64,000 nucleotides of DNA, from assembly GCA_937937315.1 (NCBI GenBank), contig CALDCK010000066.1, positions 16,684 through 80,683 of the forward strand, given 5' to 3'. The notes under the pieces were generated by a model. That model was not told where the DNA came from. It did no database searches and worked only from the letters and a program-made list of their open reading frames with translations. A program made the translations under genes and the position numbers. The stretch comes from an uncultured bacterium. GTDB lineage: Bacteria; Myxococcota_A; UBA9160; SMWR01. Of this stretch, positions 27,660 to 36,647 are shown one piece after another (within the stretch, counting starts at the first letter, position 1; each line of letters starts with the position of its first letter).

Positions 27660-27734
27660 TCGCCCCTCCCGGCTTCGGAGCCTCGTGGTTCGCTCCGTCG
27701 AGTCACTATAGAGTGGGGACCCGCCGGCGACCCG

Positions 27735-28718
27735 GTGGAAGTGGAGGACGATTTGAGCGATCGGAGCTTCGGGAAGGAGTCCACGGCCGAGGCGGTGGCC
27801 GAGGGCATCGACCTCGAGGGGAAGCGCGCGCTGGTCACGGGCGCTTCCGGGGGGCTCGGAGCCGAGACCGCCCGGGTGCTCGCCCTGCGCGGAGCTGCGG
27901 TCACGCTCACGGCGAGGGAGATCGAGAAGGGCGAGGCGGTCGCTGCCGAGATCCGATCCGCCAGTGGAAACGACGCGATCGACGTCATGTCGGTCGAGCT
28001 CTCCGACCCGGCCTCGGTGCGCGCCTTCGCCGCGGACTACCTGGCGCGTCACTCCGCCCTCCAGCTCCTCGTCAACAATGCCGGGGTCATGGGCTGTCCC
28101 CTCGGGCGCACGGCCGAGGGCTACGAGCTCCAGCTCGCTACGAATCATCTCGGGCACTTCCTGCTCACCTGCCTGCTGGTTCCCGCGCTGCGCGCCGGTG
28201 CGCCGGCGCGGGTGGTGAACGTGAGCTCTCGCGGGCATCGCTTCTCCCCCGTCGTGTTCGACGACCTCCACTTCGAGCGGCGGGACTACGACAAGTGGGT
28301 GTCCTACGGCCAATCGAAGACCGCGAACGTGCTGTTCTCGGTTGCCCTCGATGCGCGCCTCGCCGGACTCGGTATCCGGGCATTCGCGCTGCATCCCGGA
28401 GCGATCATGACCGAGCTCGGGCGGCACTTGAGCGCCGAGGACATCGCGGAGCTTCAGGCGCGCGCCCCGGGTGGGAAGGGGATGGAGTGGAAGACCGTGC
28501 CCTGCGGTGCCGCCACCACGGTGTGGGCAGCCACGGCGCCGGAGCTCGAGGGTCGCGGTGGGCTCTACCTCGAGGACTGCGGTGTCGCGGGTCCGCGGAT
28601 CTCCGAGGAGGCGGAGACGGGCTACGAGGCCTACGCCCTCGATGCCGACGCGGCGGAACGGTTGTGGCGCGTGTCCGAGGACCTCGTCCACGAGCGCTTC
28701 GACTGGAGCCACTCCTAG
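27735..28718 (+). CDS. SDR oxidoreductase (retinol-dehydrogenase/WWOX-like subgroup)
   Basis: LVTGASGGLGAE, NNAGVM, ATNHLGHFLL and YGQSKTAN. GTG start. 327 aa. Confidence 0.8.
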   Translation: MEVEDDLSDRSFGKESTAEAVAEGIDLEGKRALVTGASGGLGAETARVLALRGAAVTLTAREIEKGEAVAAEIRSASGNDAIDVMSVELSDPASVRAFAADYLARHSALQLLVNNAGVMGCPLGRTAEGYELQLATNHLGHFLLTCLLVPALRAGAPARVVNVSSRGHRFSPVVFDDLHFERRDYDKWVSYGQSKTANVLFSVALDARLAGLGIRAFALHPGAIMTELGRHLSAEDIAELQARAPGGKGMEWKTVPCGAATTVWAATAPELEGRGGLYLEDCGVAGPRISEEAETGYEAYALDADAAERLWRVSEDLVHERFDWSHS

Positions 28719-30197
28719 ATGGAATGGGGAAGGATTCTGGCCTCGGGGCTGATCTTCGCCTGCGCTGCCTGCAGCAGTGGAGGCGGAAGCGGGGGCGGCT
28801 CCGCCGCCGACGCGGTCACGGCAAAGGCCCAGGGTGCCATCACGGTCATCGGCAGCGCCGCCGTGACGGGAACGGTGTGGGATACGGACGGTGCCGAGGT
28901 GTTCTTCGGGGATGTCGAGGGCGTTCCCGCCGATCTTGCGCCGGGCATGGTCGCGCTCGTCCAGGGCGAGCGTCCCGACGCGCCTGCCGAGGGCACGGCG
29001 TTTCGCGTCGACGTCGAGACGAGTGCGGAGGGCCCGATCGCAAGCCGGGTGGACCTGAGTGAGGACCTCCTGGAGCTGGAGATCGTCGGGCGCACGGTCC
29101 GGGCCGAGCGCGGGGCCACCTTCTTCGGCGGGCTGCCGGCGGATTTCGACTTCGACACATTGGCCGTGGACGACCTGGTCGCGGTGTGGGGCTTCGTCGA
29201 TGGAGACGAGGGCGTCACGGCGACCCGCATCGAGAAGCGGGGAGTGCTCGGCGGCGCCTCGCCGACCGTGCGACTCGAGGGCAGGGCGACGAGCTGGATG
29301 CCCGCCGGCGACGGCGGCAGCTTCGAGATCGGCGACGTCCTGGTGCTCTACGAAGACGCAGATCTCGGCGGGGGCTCCGACGGCGGGGCGACTCTCGCAG
29401 ACGAGCCCTTCGTCACCGTCGATGGCGTCCTGGACACGGCGGCGGACGAGGTCGATGCCGATCGCGTGGTGATCCGGACGGGCTTCGAGGGCGACTTCGA
29501 GGACCTCCAGATCGAGGGCATCCTGAGCGGGTTCATCGATGTGCGCACGCCCTTCGAGGTCGGGGGGCAGCGCGTCGAGCCCATCTTCTTCGTCGACCTC
29601 GTGCCCGACGACCTCGAGAACATCCTCGTGGACGGAGTTCGCGTCGAGGTCGAGGGCCGCCTGCTGGACGGCGTGCTCTCCGCAAGCGTGCTGCGGCTTC
29701 GGGAGGCCGAGGCCCGGGTCGTCGGCGAGATTGCCGAGCCCGAGGACGTGAACGTCGATGCGGGGACGATCGTGCTGCTGGGCGTCACGATTCAGGTGGA
29801 CGGGACCGCCCTCCTCGAGGACCTGGCGAACGATCCGGTCGATCCCCTGACCCTGGCGGACCTCATGGCGGGTGATTCTCTGGACGTGCGCGGCACCGAC
29901 CTCGAGGGGATCGTCCAGGCCACCACCGTCCGACGCACGGAGCCGGGCGACGTGCTGCTCCGGGGTCGGGTCCAGGGGTTCGTGGCACCGCCGGACCACC
30001 AGCGCTTCACGACCCTGGGCGTTCCGATGAGGACCGATGCGACGACCAGCTATTCCGACTTCCCCGTCGATGTGACGACGGAGGACGACTTCTACGCCTT
30101 TCTCTTCGCCAACCTGTACGCCCTGCTCGAGACGACGGATCTCGAGGGGGATCCCACGTTGATCGACCTCGCGGCCTCCGTCGCGTACCGGGAGTAG
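28719..30197 (+). CDS. Acidic lipoprotein with repeated DUF5666-like OB/beta modules
   Basis: Signal peptide plus lipobox (LIFACAAC) and a Gly/Ser linker. These are followed by repeated units of the form 'F.V.G..V......F....L..L..GD.V.V.G'. The protein is very Asp/Glu-rich. Its ATG abuts the TAG of the upstream SDR gene. Confidence 0.6.
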   Translation: MEWGRILASGLIFACAACSSGGGSGGGSAADAVTAKAQGAITVIGSAAVTGTVWDTDGAEVFFGDVEGVPADLAPGMVALVQGERPDAPAEGTAFRVDVETSAEGPIASRVDLSEDLLELEIVGRTVRAERGATFFGGLPADFDFDTLAVDDLVAVWGFVDGDEGVTATRIEKRGVLGGASPTVRLEGRATSWMPAGDGGSFEIGDVLVLYEDADLGGGSDGGATLADEPFVTVDGVLDTAADEVDADRVVIRTGFEGDFEDLQIEGILSGFIDVRTPFEVGGQRVEPIFFVDLVPDDLENILVDGVRVEVEGRLLDGVLSASVLRLREAEARVVGEIAEPEDVNVDAGTIVLLGVTIQVDGTALLEDLANDPVDPLTLADLMAGDSLDVRGTDLEGIVQATTVRRTEPGDVLLRGRVQGFVAPPDHQRFTTLGVPMRTDATTSYSDFPVDVTTEDDFYAFLFANLYALLETTDLEGDPTLIDLAASVAYRE

Positions 30198-30330
30198 CCG
30201 CGGCGCCACCGCCCTCGTTCCGAGCCGGCGCGTCGGGGCGAGATCGGCGACGGAGGTTGCGGTTGCCCCCGGCGAGCGTCTCGCTCATGATGACTGGCGC
30301 CGGCGCCCCCGCGCCTCTGGGAGGATCGAT

Positions 30331-30795
30331 ATGGCCCATTCCGAGCAAGAGATTCGCGCGACCTACGAACGCTACGTCGCCACCCGGGATCGCGTCGAAG
30401 CCGGCGAGCTCGGCTGGAACGCCCTGGCCGCATTCTTCACCGACGACGCGACCTTCATCGATCCGGCCTGGGGTCGGGTGGAGGGAATCGCCGCGATTCG
30501 CGAGTTCCTGGTGGAGAGCATGGTCGGTCTCGAGGACTGGGAGTTCCCCCACGAGTGGGCGATGGTCCAGGGCGACCAGCTGATCTCCCGCTGGCAGAAC
30601 CGGCTGCCGGGCCGTCGTGGTGACGGGAGCTTCTACGAGGCGCCCGGCTACTCGCTCATGACCTACGCCGGCGACGGGCGCTTCTCCCGCGAGGAGGACA
30701 TGCTCAACATGATCCACGTGGGCGAGCTCATTCGCGAGAGTGGGTGGAAGCCCGGGAGCGGCTTCAACGCGCCGCCCCGCAACCCGCGTCGCTGA
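30331..30795 (+). CDS. SnoaL-like/NTF2-fold protein
   Basis: 154 aa. The N-terminal 'IRATYERYVATRD' and 'FTDDATFIDPAWGRVEGIAAIREF' fit the NTF2-like pattern. Confidence 0.6.
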   Translation: MAHSEQEIRATYERYVATRDRVEAGELGWNALAAFFTDDATFIDPAWGRVEGIAAIREFLVESMVGLEDWEFPHEWAMVQGDQLISRWQNRLPGRRGDGSFYEAPGYSLMTYAGDGRFSREEDMLNMIHVGELIRESGWKPGSGFNAPPRNPRR

Positions 30796-30823
30796 TTCAG
30801 CGGAATCCGGACGGAATGGGCTC

Positions 30824-32029
30824 GTGACTCGGGTCGTCGCTGCGGCAGGACTCCTGGCCCTCGGCTGCACGCTCCCCCCCCTCGACCCACGACAGGACGC
30901 TGGAGCGCTCCACCGCGACGCGATCGTCATCGACGGTCACTCGGACACCACGCCCTGGTTCCAGGACCCGGCCTGGCACTTCGACGAGCGCCACGAAGAG
31001 GGACATCAGGATCTGCCGCGCATGCGCGAAGGCGGACTCGACGCCCAGTTCTGGTCCATCTACCTGGGGCCTTCGGAGGGGCGCGGTCGCGCGATCCGCG
31101 AAGCCCTCGAGCGGATCGACGCCGTGCACGAGCTGGCGCGTCGACATCCGACCGAGCTCGAGATCGCGAGGACCGCGGCGGACGTGCGCCGCATCGTCGC
31201 GGCCGGGAAGGTGGCCTGCCTGATGGGTGTCGAGGGGGGACACATCATCGAGGGCAGCCTGGCGGCGCTTCGGACCTTCTACCGGCTGGGCGTGCGCTAC
31301 ATGACTCTCACCCATTCCTTCAACACGACCTGGGCCGACTCCTCGGGCACGAACGAGTCGCCTCCGCCGGAGCACGCTGGCCTCACTGGCTTCGGCGAGT
31401 CCGTCGTCGTCGAGATGAACCGTCTGGGCATGATGGTGGACGTGTCCCACGTCTCCGACGACACCTTCTTCCACGCGCTGCGGGTTACGCGGGCGCCGGT
31501 CATCGCATCCCACTCCTCGGTGCGTGCCGTCGCGGAGCACCCACGCAACCTGAGCGACGAGATGCTGCGCGCCCTGGCCGAGAACGGGGGTGTGGCCATG
31601 ATCAACTTCTACTCGGGCTACGTGGACGCCGCTCTGGTGGAGCCGATCCGCGCCCTCTTCGGCGGACTCGCGCCGGAGATCGCCGCCCTCCGCGAGCGCC
31701 ATCCCGACGATCCGGTCGCCCTGCGGCGCGGCTATCGCAGCCTGCTTCGCGGCGTGGAAGTGCCCCGGACCGATCTCTCCGTGCTCCTCGACCACTTCGA
31801 TCACGCGATCCGGGTCGCGGGCGCGGACCACGTCGGAGTGGGCGCAGACTGGGACGGCGTTGCGAGCATGCCCCGGGGCCTCGAGGATGTGAGTCGACTG
31901 CCGGCGCTGACCGAGGGCCTGCTGGCGCGAGGTCACGGCCCCGTTGTGGTCCGGAAGGTGCTCGGAGAGAATGTGCTCCGGGTGATGGCCGAGGTGGAGG
32001 CGGTGGCGGCGACCGCCCCGAAGGAATAG
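30824..32029 (+). CDS. Membrane dipeptidase (peptidase family M19), lipoprotein
   Basis: IDGHSDT, GGLDAQFWSIY, GVEGGH, VRYMTLTHSFNT, VDVSHVSD and ASHSS motifs. The GTG 30824 start gives the lipobox LLALGC. Confidence 0.85.
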   Translation: MTRVVAAAGLLALGCTLPPLDPRQDAGALHRDAIVIDGHSDTTPWFQDPAWHFDERHEEGHQDLPRMREGGLDAQFWSIYLGPSEGRGRAIREALERIDAVHELARRHPTELEIARTAADVRRIVAAGKVACLMGVEGGHIIEGSLAALRTFYRLGVRYMTLTHSFNTTWADSSGTNESPPPEHAGLTGFGESVVVEMNRLGMMVDVSHVSDDTFFHALRVTRAPVIASHSSVRAVAEHPRNLSDEMLRALAENGGVAMINFYSGYVDAALVEPIRALFGGLAPEIAALRERHPDDPVALRRGYRSLLRGVEVPRTDLSVLLDHFDHAIRVAGADHVGVGADWDGVASMPRGLEDVSRLPALTEGLLARGHGPVVVRKVLGENVLRVMAEVEAVAATAPKE

Positions 32030-32040
32030 GAGGCTGGCGC

Positions 32041-32838
32041 GTGACGGGTCGAGTCGAGGGGAAGGTCGCGATCGTGACGGGAGGCGCCTCGGGAATCGGG
32101 GCGGAGACCTGTCGTCGACTGGCGGCGGAGGGCGCGCGGGTCCTGACGACGGACGTGAACGCGAAGCTCCTGGCCGAGGTGGCGGCAGGGATCGGCGACC
32201 GGGCCGAGCCGTTGATCCACGACGTCTCGGACGAAGGCCGATGGCGCGAGATCGTGGCCCACGCCCTCGATCGCTTCGGCAGGCTCGACGTGCTCGTGAA
32301 CAATGCGGGGATCGCCATCCAGGGGACCATCGAGGAGACCTCCCTCGAGACCTGGCGGCGCATCCACGCCGTCAACTCGGAGGGGGTCTTTCTCGGCTGC
32401 AAGCACGCGATTCCCGCGATGCGCGCGTCGGGTGGAGGGTCGATCGTGAACGTCTCCTCCCTCGCGGCGCTGCGGGGCACACCGATCTACGCCGCGTACA
32501 GTGCCAGCAAGGGTGCGGTCTGCGCGCTCACGAAGACGATCGCGGTCCACTGCATCGAGAGAGGGGATGCGATCCGCTGCAACTCGATCCATCCGGGCGG
32601 GGTGAACACGCCGATGGTGCACGCCCTGTTGAAGCAGGGCACCGGGCTCGACGTCGCCGCGATGGACCCGGTGGTCGTCCGCGAGAACCTGGGCATGGGC
32701 GACCCGGCGGACATCGCGAACCTGATCCTCTTCCTGGCCTCCGACGAGTCGGGCTACGTGAATGGTGCGGAGCTCTGCGTCGACGGCGGTGCCACGGCGG
32801 GCACCCCGCCGCCGCGACCCCGCGCGGCTGCGTCGTGA
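32041..32838 (+). CDS. SDR oxidoreductase
   Basis: IVTGGASGIGAE, NNAGI, YSASKGA and NSIHPGGVNTPM. GTG start. Confidence 0.85.
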   Translation: MTGRVEGKVAIVTGGASGIGAETCRRLAAEGARVLTTDVNAKLLAEVAAGIGDRAEPLIHDVSDEGRWREIVAHALDRFGRLDVLVNNAGIAIQGTIEETSLETWRRIHAVNSEGVFLGCKHAIPAMRASGGGSIVNVSSLAALRGTPIYAAYSASKGAVCALTKTIAVHCIERGDAIRCNSIHPGGVNTPMVHALLKQGTGLDVAAMDPVVVRENLGMGDPADIANLILFLASDESGYVNGAELCVDGGATAGTPPPRPRAAAS

Positions 32839-32911
32839 TCCCCACGCCCACCCGTTCCCCGGCACACGGCTCCCTGCCTGGCCCCGGGCGGAGCTGCTAG
32901 CCTCGCTCGCC

Positions 32912-33832
32912 ATGACGCGACTCCCTCTTCCCGCCGTCGCGCTGGCGGCTGTACCCGGCCGGCGCAAGGCCACCCTCGAGCTCGCCCAGGAGATCGAGCG
33001 GCGCGGCTTCTCCGGCATCTACTGCGCGAGCTTCGGCGACGCCATGGGCCTCTGCGAGGCGCTGGCACTGGTGACGGAGCGCATCCCCTTCGGTACGGCG
33101 ATCGCCAATCTCTACACCCGACACGTCTCGGACTACGCCGTCACGGCGTCCCTGATCCAGGAGCTCTCGGGCGGGCGCTTCCACTTCGGCATCGGGGTGA
33201 GCCACGCGCCCATGAATCGGCGCCTGGGCCTGCGGACGGGCCGACCTCTCGCAGACATGCGCGAGTTCGTCGAATCCCTCCGGGCGGTGCCGCGGGTGGG
33301 TGAGCTGCCCCCCGTCGTCGTCGCAGGAATGCGCCGCAAGATGGTGACGCTCGCGGGCGAGATCGCCGAGGGGGTGGTCTTCGCGAACGCGGCGCGCTCT
33401 CACATGGAGACCTCTCTCGGCGCGCTCAGCGCGGATCAGCGCGCCGCGCCGGGCTTCTTCGTCGGAGATATGATTCCGACCTGCATCTCGGACGATCGCG
33501 AGGCTGCGATGGCGGTCAATCGCAAGACGCTGATGATGTACGTCTCGCTGCCCAACTACCGCAACTACTGGAAGGAGGCGGGGTACGGGGAGGAGATGGA
33601 GGCGATCGAGGCGGCTCTCGCCCGAAACGATCGGGACGCCCTGCCGGGGCTCATGACCGAGCGTTGGCTGTCCGACGTCACGCTCTTCGGCAGCGTGTCG
33701 GAGGTGCGTGAAGGCCTCGAGGCGTGGTACGACGCGGGCGTTCGCACGCCGATCCTGGTGCCTTCGTCGGCGGTCGGGAACCAGATGAAGGCGTTCGCCG
33801 AGCTCTTCGACGCCTTTTCGAGCGACGGGTAG
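32912..33832 (+). CDS. Luciferase-like (LLM class) flavin/F420-dependent oxidoreductase
   Basis: TIM-barrel LLM pattern (GRFHFGIGVSH, LAGEIAEGVVFANA, and C-terminal LFGSVSEVREGLEAWYDAGV). Start trimmed to ATG 32912. Confidence 0.7.
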   Translation: MTRLPLPAVALAAVPGRRKATLELAQEIERRGFSGIYCASFGDAMGLCEALALVTERIPFGTAIANLYTRHVSDYAVTASLIQELSGGRFHFGIGVSHAPMNRRLGLRTGRPLADMREFVESLRAVPRVGELPPVVVAGMRRKMVTLAGEIAEGVVFANAARSHMETSLGALSADQRAAPGFFVGDMIPTCISDDREAAMAVNRKTLMMYVSLPNYRNYWKEAGYGEEMEAIEAALARNDRDALPGLMTERWLSDVTLFGSVSEVREGLEAWYDAGVRTPILVPSSAVGNQMKAFAELFDAFSSDG

Positions 33833-33844
33833 CTTCCCGGGCCG

Positions 33845-34573
33845 ATGGCGGGCGAAGCCCAGAACGGCGGCCGCCTGCGCATCGATCGACGTCGGCTGCT
33901 GGCGAGCGTCTCGATCTTCTCGTCCCTCTCGGACGCGGAGCTCGACAAGCTGCTCGAGGTGACGAGCACCAGGCGCCTAGCCGAGGGGGAGATCCTCTTT
34001 CGCAAGGGCGATGCGGGCCGGCAGCTCTACGGCGTAGTGGAGGGGCGACTTCGGATCTATGCCACGGGCCCCGACGGGAAGGAGATGGTCTTCCACATCG
34101 CCGATCCCGGCGACGTGATCGGCGAGATCGCGCTGCTCGATTCGAATCCGCGATCCGCGAACGTCGTGGCCCTCGAGGACGCCGAGCTCCTCACCCTCGA
34201 CCGGCGCGACTTCCTTCCCTTCCTCGACCGCCATCCCCGGGTCGCGATCCTGCTCGCGGAGCTTCTCGCGGCCCGGGTGCGCCGCCTGTCCGAGCTCGCA
34301 GAGGACTCGATCCTGCTCGCGCTCCGGGCCCGACTGGCGAAGAGGCTCCTCGTCCTCTCCCGCAGCTACGGCGTCGACACGGGGGAGGGCAGGCGAATCG
34401 ATCTCAAGCTGCCCCAACAGGCTCTCGGCGAGATGGTCGGAACGAGTCGCGAGAGCATCAACAAGCAGCTCCGCGACTGGACCCAGCGCGGTCTGGTGCG
34501 CTTCGATCGAGGTACGGTGACCCTCCTCGACGAGAAGGCCCTCGACGCCCTGGCCCACCTCGCCCTGGACTGA
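33845..34573 (+). CDS. Crp/Fnr-family transcriptional regulator (cNMP-binding domain + HTH)
   Basis: cNMP-binding beta-roll (GDAGRQLYGVVEGRLRIY, GDVIGEIALLD, RSANVVA). The recognition helix GTSRESINKQLRDWTQRGLV resembles the actinobacterial CRP/GlxR 'RETVNKAL' type. Confidence 0.85.
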   Translation: MAGEAQNGGRLRIDRRRLLASVSIFSSLSDAELDKLLEVTSTRRLAEGEILFRKGDAGRQLYGVVEGRLRIYATGPDGKEMVFHIADPGDVIGEIALLDSNPRSANVVALEDAELLTLDRRDFLPFLDRHPRVAILLAELLAARVRRLSELAEDSILLALRARLAKRLLVLSRSYGVDTGEGRRIDLKLPQQALGEMVGTSRESINKQLRDWTQRGLVRFDRGTVTLLDEKALDALAHLALD

Positions 34574-34583
34574 GCCGGAGCGA

Positions 34584-34802
34584 TCAGCGGACGGGCAGGC
34601 CGGCCATCCGGTGGAGGCCCTGCTCGGTGTGGTGGAGCAGGCGGTGGAGAGAGTCGTTCCAGCCTTCGACGTGCGACACGCCGGCGGCGGTCGTGGGCGG
34701 GGTCGCAGCGGGCCGGGCCGGGGCGTCGACCTGCCAGATGGTTCCGACGGTCGCGAGGGCGACCGCCAGGGCCAGGGTTGCGGCGGCAAAGCTCGAGTGC
34801 AT
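34584..34802 (-). CDS. Small secreted His-rich protein (72 aa precursor), unknown function
   Basis: Clear signal peptide (MHSSFAAATLALAVALATVGTIWQ). The mature part has 5 His (SHVEGWNDSLHRLLHHTEQGLHRM). Third-position GC is strong. A GGAGGA RBS lies 6 nt before the ATG. Confidence 0.6.
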   Translation of the reverse strand: MHSSFAAATLALAVALATVGTIWQVDAPARPAATPPTTAAGVSHVEGWNDSLHRLLHHTEQGLHRMAGLPVR

Positions 34803-34863
34803 GGCGGATCCTCCGGGGCTCTCGACTACGAGAGGAAGGATCGGCGGCGCGTGACCCCGACGC

Positions 34864-34879
34864 TGTGAACTGCTTCACA
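34864..34879. promoter_or_regulatory. Perfect CRP-type palindrome TGTGA-ACTGCT-TCACA
   Basis: Exact TGTGA-N6-TCACA, centred about 70 nt upstream of the ATG (34802) of the small secreted protein gene. It lies about 300 nt from the end of the Crp-family regulator gene. I found no other such site by eye in the window. Confidence 0.65.
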
Positions 34880-34940
34880 CGAGGCGAAGAAGTTTCGGGG
34901 CGAGAGGCGAAGTGATGGACTTCGCGGGGGAATCCGGAGA

Positions 34941-34970
34941 CCCGGGAGGCGTCGATCGGCGCCTCCCGGG
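34941..34970 (-). terminator. Strong GC hairpin after the DUF1329 gene (11-bp perfect stem, 8-nt loop)
   Basis: CCCGGGAGGCG-tcgatcgg-CGCCTCCCGGG, 15 nt downstream of the DUF1329 stop. No U-tract follows. Confidence 0.55.
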
Positions 34971-34984
34971 CAATCCGAGGGGGC

Positions 34985-36298
34985 TCAACGGCCCTTCGTG
35001 AGACGCCCCACATCGATGAAGCGGCGGATCTTGCCCTTGCTGGGCATGGGCGTGCCCTGGGCGTCCCAGAACTCGATGCGGTTGCCCGTTCCGGTCTGGA
35101 CGTTGGAGATGATGTCACTCACCACGAGGATTGCGCGGGGCTCGGGAACGTCCTCCCAGCCCGGGAACCAGTTGTCGTCGGTGAGCTCCTTGTTCTGACT
35201 CCAGCGGTGGTTGTGCGTGATGATCTTCCACAGCTCGCCCTTCTGATCGTAGGCGAAGGAGTAGAGGGGTGCGTAGGTCTGCCTGTCGAGGTAGATGTCC
35301 TTGTGGTGATAGGGATGATCGGCGTTCTTCGGCTTCATCCGGATCACCCAGGCGTCTCGCAGCTCCCACTTGTCGGTCGCGAAGGACAGGCCGTAGGGCC
35401 CGAAGTTGTGCTCCTTCTCGTAGGGGTAGCCCTTCTGGGTCGTGTTCATCGGTGCGATCATCGGCTTCTCGCCCAGGCAGGTCCACTCGTACTGGGGGAC
35501 GATGCCGTTGAAGGAGCGGAGATCGTCCATCGTGAAGTCGGTTCCCGAGATGGCGTCGGTGCGCTGGGCGGTCGAGATGCGTCTCACGCGGCGCAGCGTC
35601 GGCACGTAGACCCAGGTGTCGTCGTTGCGGGCCTCTGCCCGCGCCTTGTCCGACGACTTGTAGCGGTAGGAGAGGAGCATGATTCCGCGGGCGTCGAAGG
35701 GCGCGTCGACCTGGACACCGTTGGCGTTCTTGCGCTTCTCGCCGCGGAAGATGTCGAAGTCGTTCTTCTCGTGCTTCGCCTCGATACGGTGCGCGAGCTG
35801 CACGCTCTGCCCCGTTCCCTCGTAGTAGAGGGGAAGCTGCTCACCGCGGTCCCAGTAGGAGTAGAAGAAGTGGGCGTGGCCGTCGCCGCCCGCGGCCTGG
35901 AAGTTCCACATGATCTTCGTGCCGGCCGCCGGGTCGCCCTTGCAGTCGATCTCGTCGTGCATGAAAGGCCAGCCCGTCTTCCAGTTCTCGAGACTGTTGT
36001 CGGGCCCGATCCTGCTCTGGCCCCTGAACTTCTCGGTCATCGACATCCACTCCTTCGACGGGGTGTAGTCGTAGTTCGACGGACCGATCTCGAGCTGCAT
36101 GCCCTCGTAGAAGAAGAAGTCCCGGTTGTCCCAGAACTGTTCGGGCAAGAAGGGCCGGAGCTTGTCGATGTCGTCGAAGCTGATGACGTCCCCCTCAGTG
36201 AAGGAGGGGACCGCGCCTCCGGCGTCGGTCTGCTCGGCCTGAGCCGTGATGCAGAAGATCGCCCCCATCAGGGCGGCGATCGCAATTCGCTTGAACAT
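34985..36298 (-). CDS. DUF1329-family (LolA-like fold) periplasmic protein
   Basis: Signal peptide MFKRIAIAALMGAIFCITAQA, followed by an aromatic/Asn/Lys-rich sequence that matches my recollection of DUF1329 (...YVPTLRRVRRISTAQRTDAISGTDFTMDD...). ATG 36298 follows AGGAGG. Confidence 0.65.
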   Translation of the reverse strand: MFKRIAIAALMGAIFCITAQAEQTDAGGAVPSFTEGDVISFDDIDKLRPFLPEQFWDNRDFFFYEGMQLEIGPSNYDYTPSKEWMSMTEKFRGQSRIGPDNSLENWKTGWPFMHDEIDCKGDPAAGTKIMWNFQAAGGDGHAHFFYSYWDRGEQLPLYYEGTGQSVQLAHRIEAKHEKNDFDIFRGEKRKNANGVQVDAPFDARGIMLLSYRYKSSDKARAEARNDDTWVYVPTLRRVRRISTAQRTDAISGTDFTMDDLRSFNGIVPQYEWTCLGEKPMIAPMNTTQKGYPYEKEHNFGPYGLSFATDKWELRDAWVIRMKPKNADHPYHHKDIYLDRQTYAPLYSFAYDQKGELWKIITHNHRWSQNKELTDDNWFPGWEDVPEPRAILVVSDIISNVQTGTGNRIEFWDAQGTPMPSKGKIRRFIDVGRLTKGR

Positions 36299-36647
36299 GA
36301 GTCCTCCTGGGGCGGAGATGGTTGGCGCCACTCGCGGACATTCGGCCGCGTATCCACCGGGGGGGGTGGCACTCGGCGCGCCTTTCGCGTCTCCTGGTCG
36401 AGTAGCTTACGATAACCGGCAGCACGGTGACGAGCCCCACGTGTGCCCCCGGGGTGTGTATCTGGGGCTCGCGGGGCCTTCAGCAGCCCTTCGTCGCTGC
36501 GGGGGAGAGGCGAGATCCGGACCCGTGGCTCCATCGGGCTCCATCGATATGGGCCCCGGTTCGCTTCCACACTGGACCCAGCCCGCGCGAACCGGTAGAA
36601 CGGCATGGCCGCCGGCCATCCAGCGCCGGTGCCCCAAGAGGGTCGAT

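Noticed and set aside
36366-36381. TGGCACTCGGCGCGCC as a fourth sigma-54 promoter
   Set aside because: The GG/GC spacing fits, but the -12 region (GCGCC) lacks the TGC[A/T] seen in the other three. It lies about 280 nt from the nearest plus-strand start, and GC dinucleotides are expected by chance in this composition.
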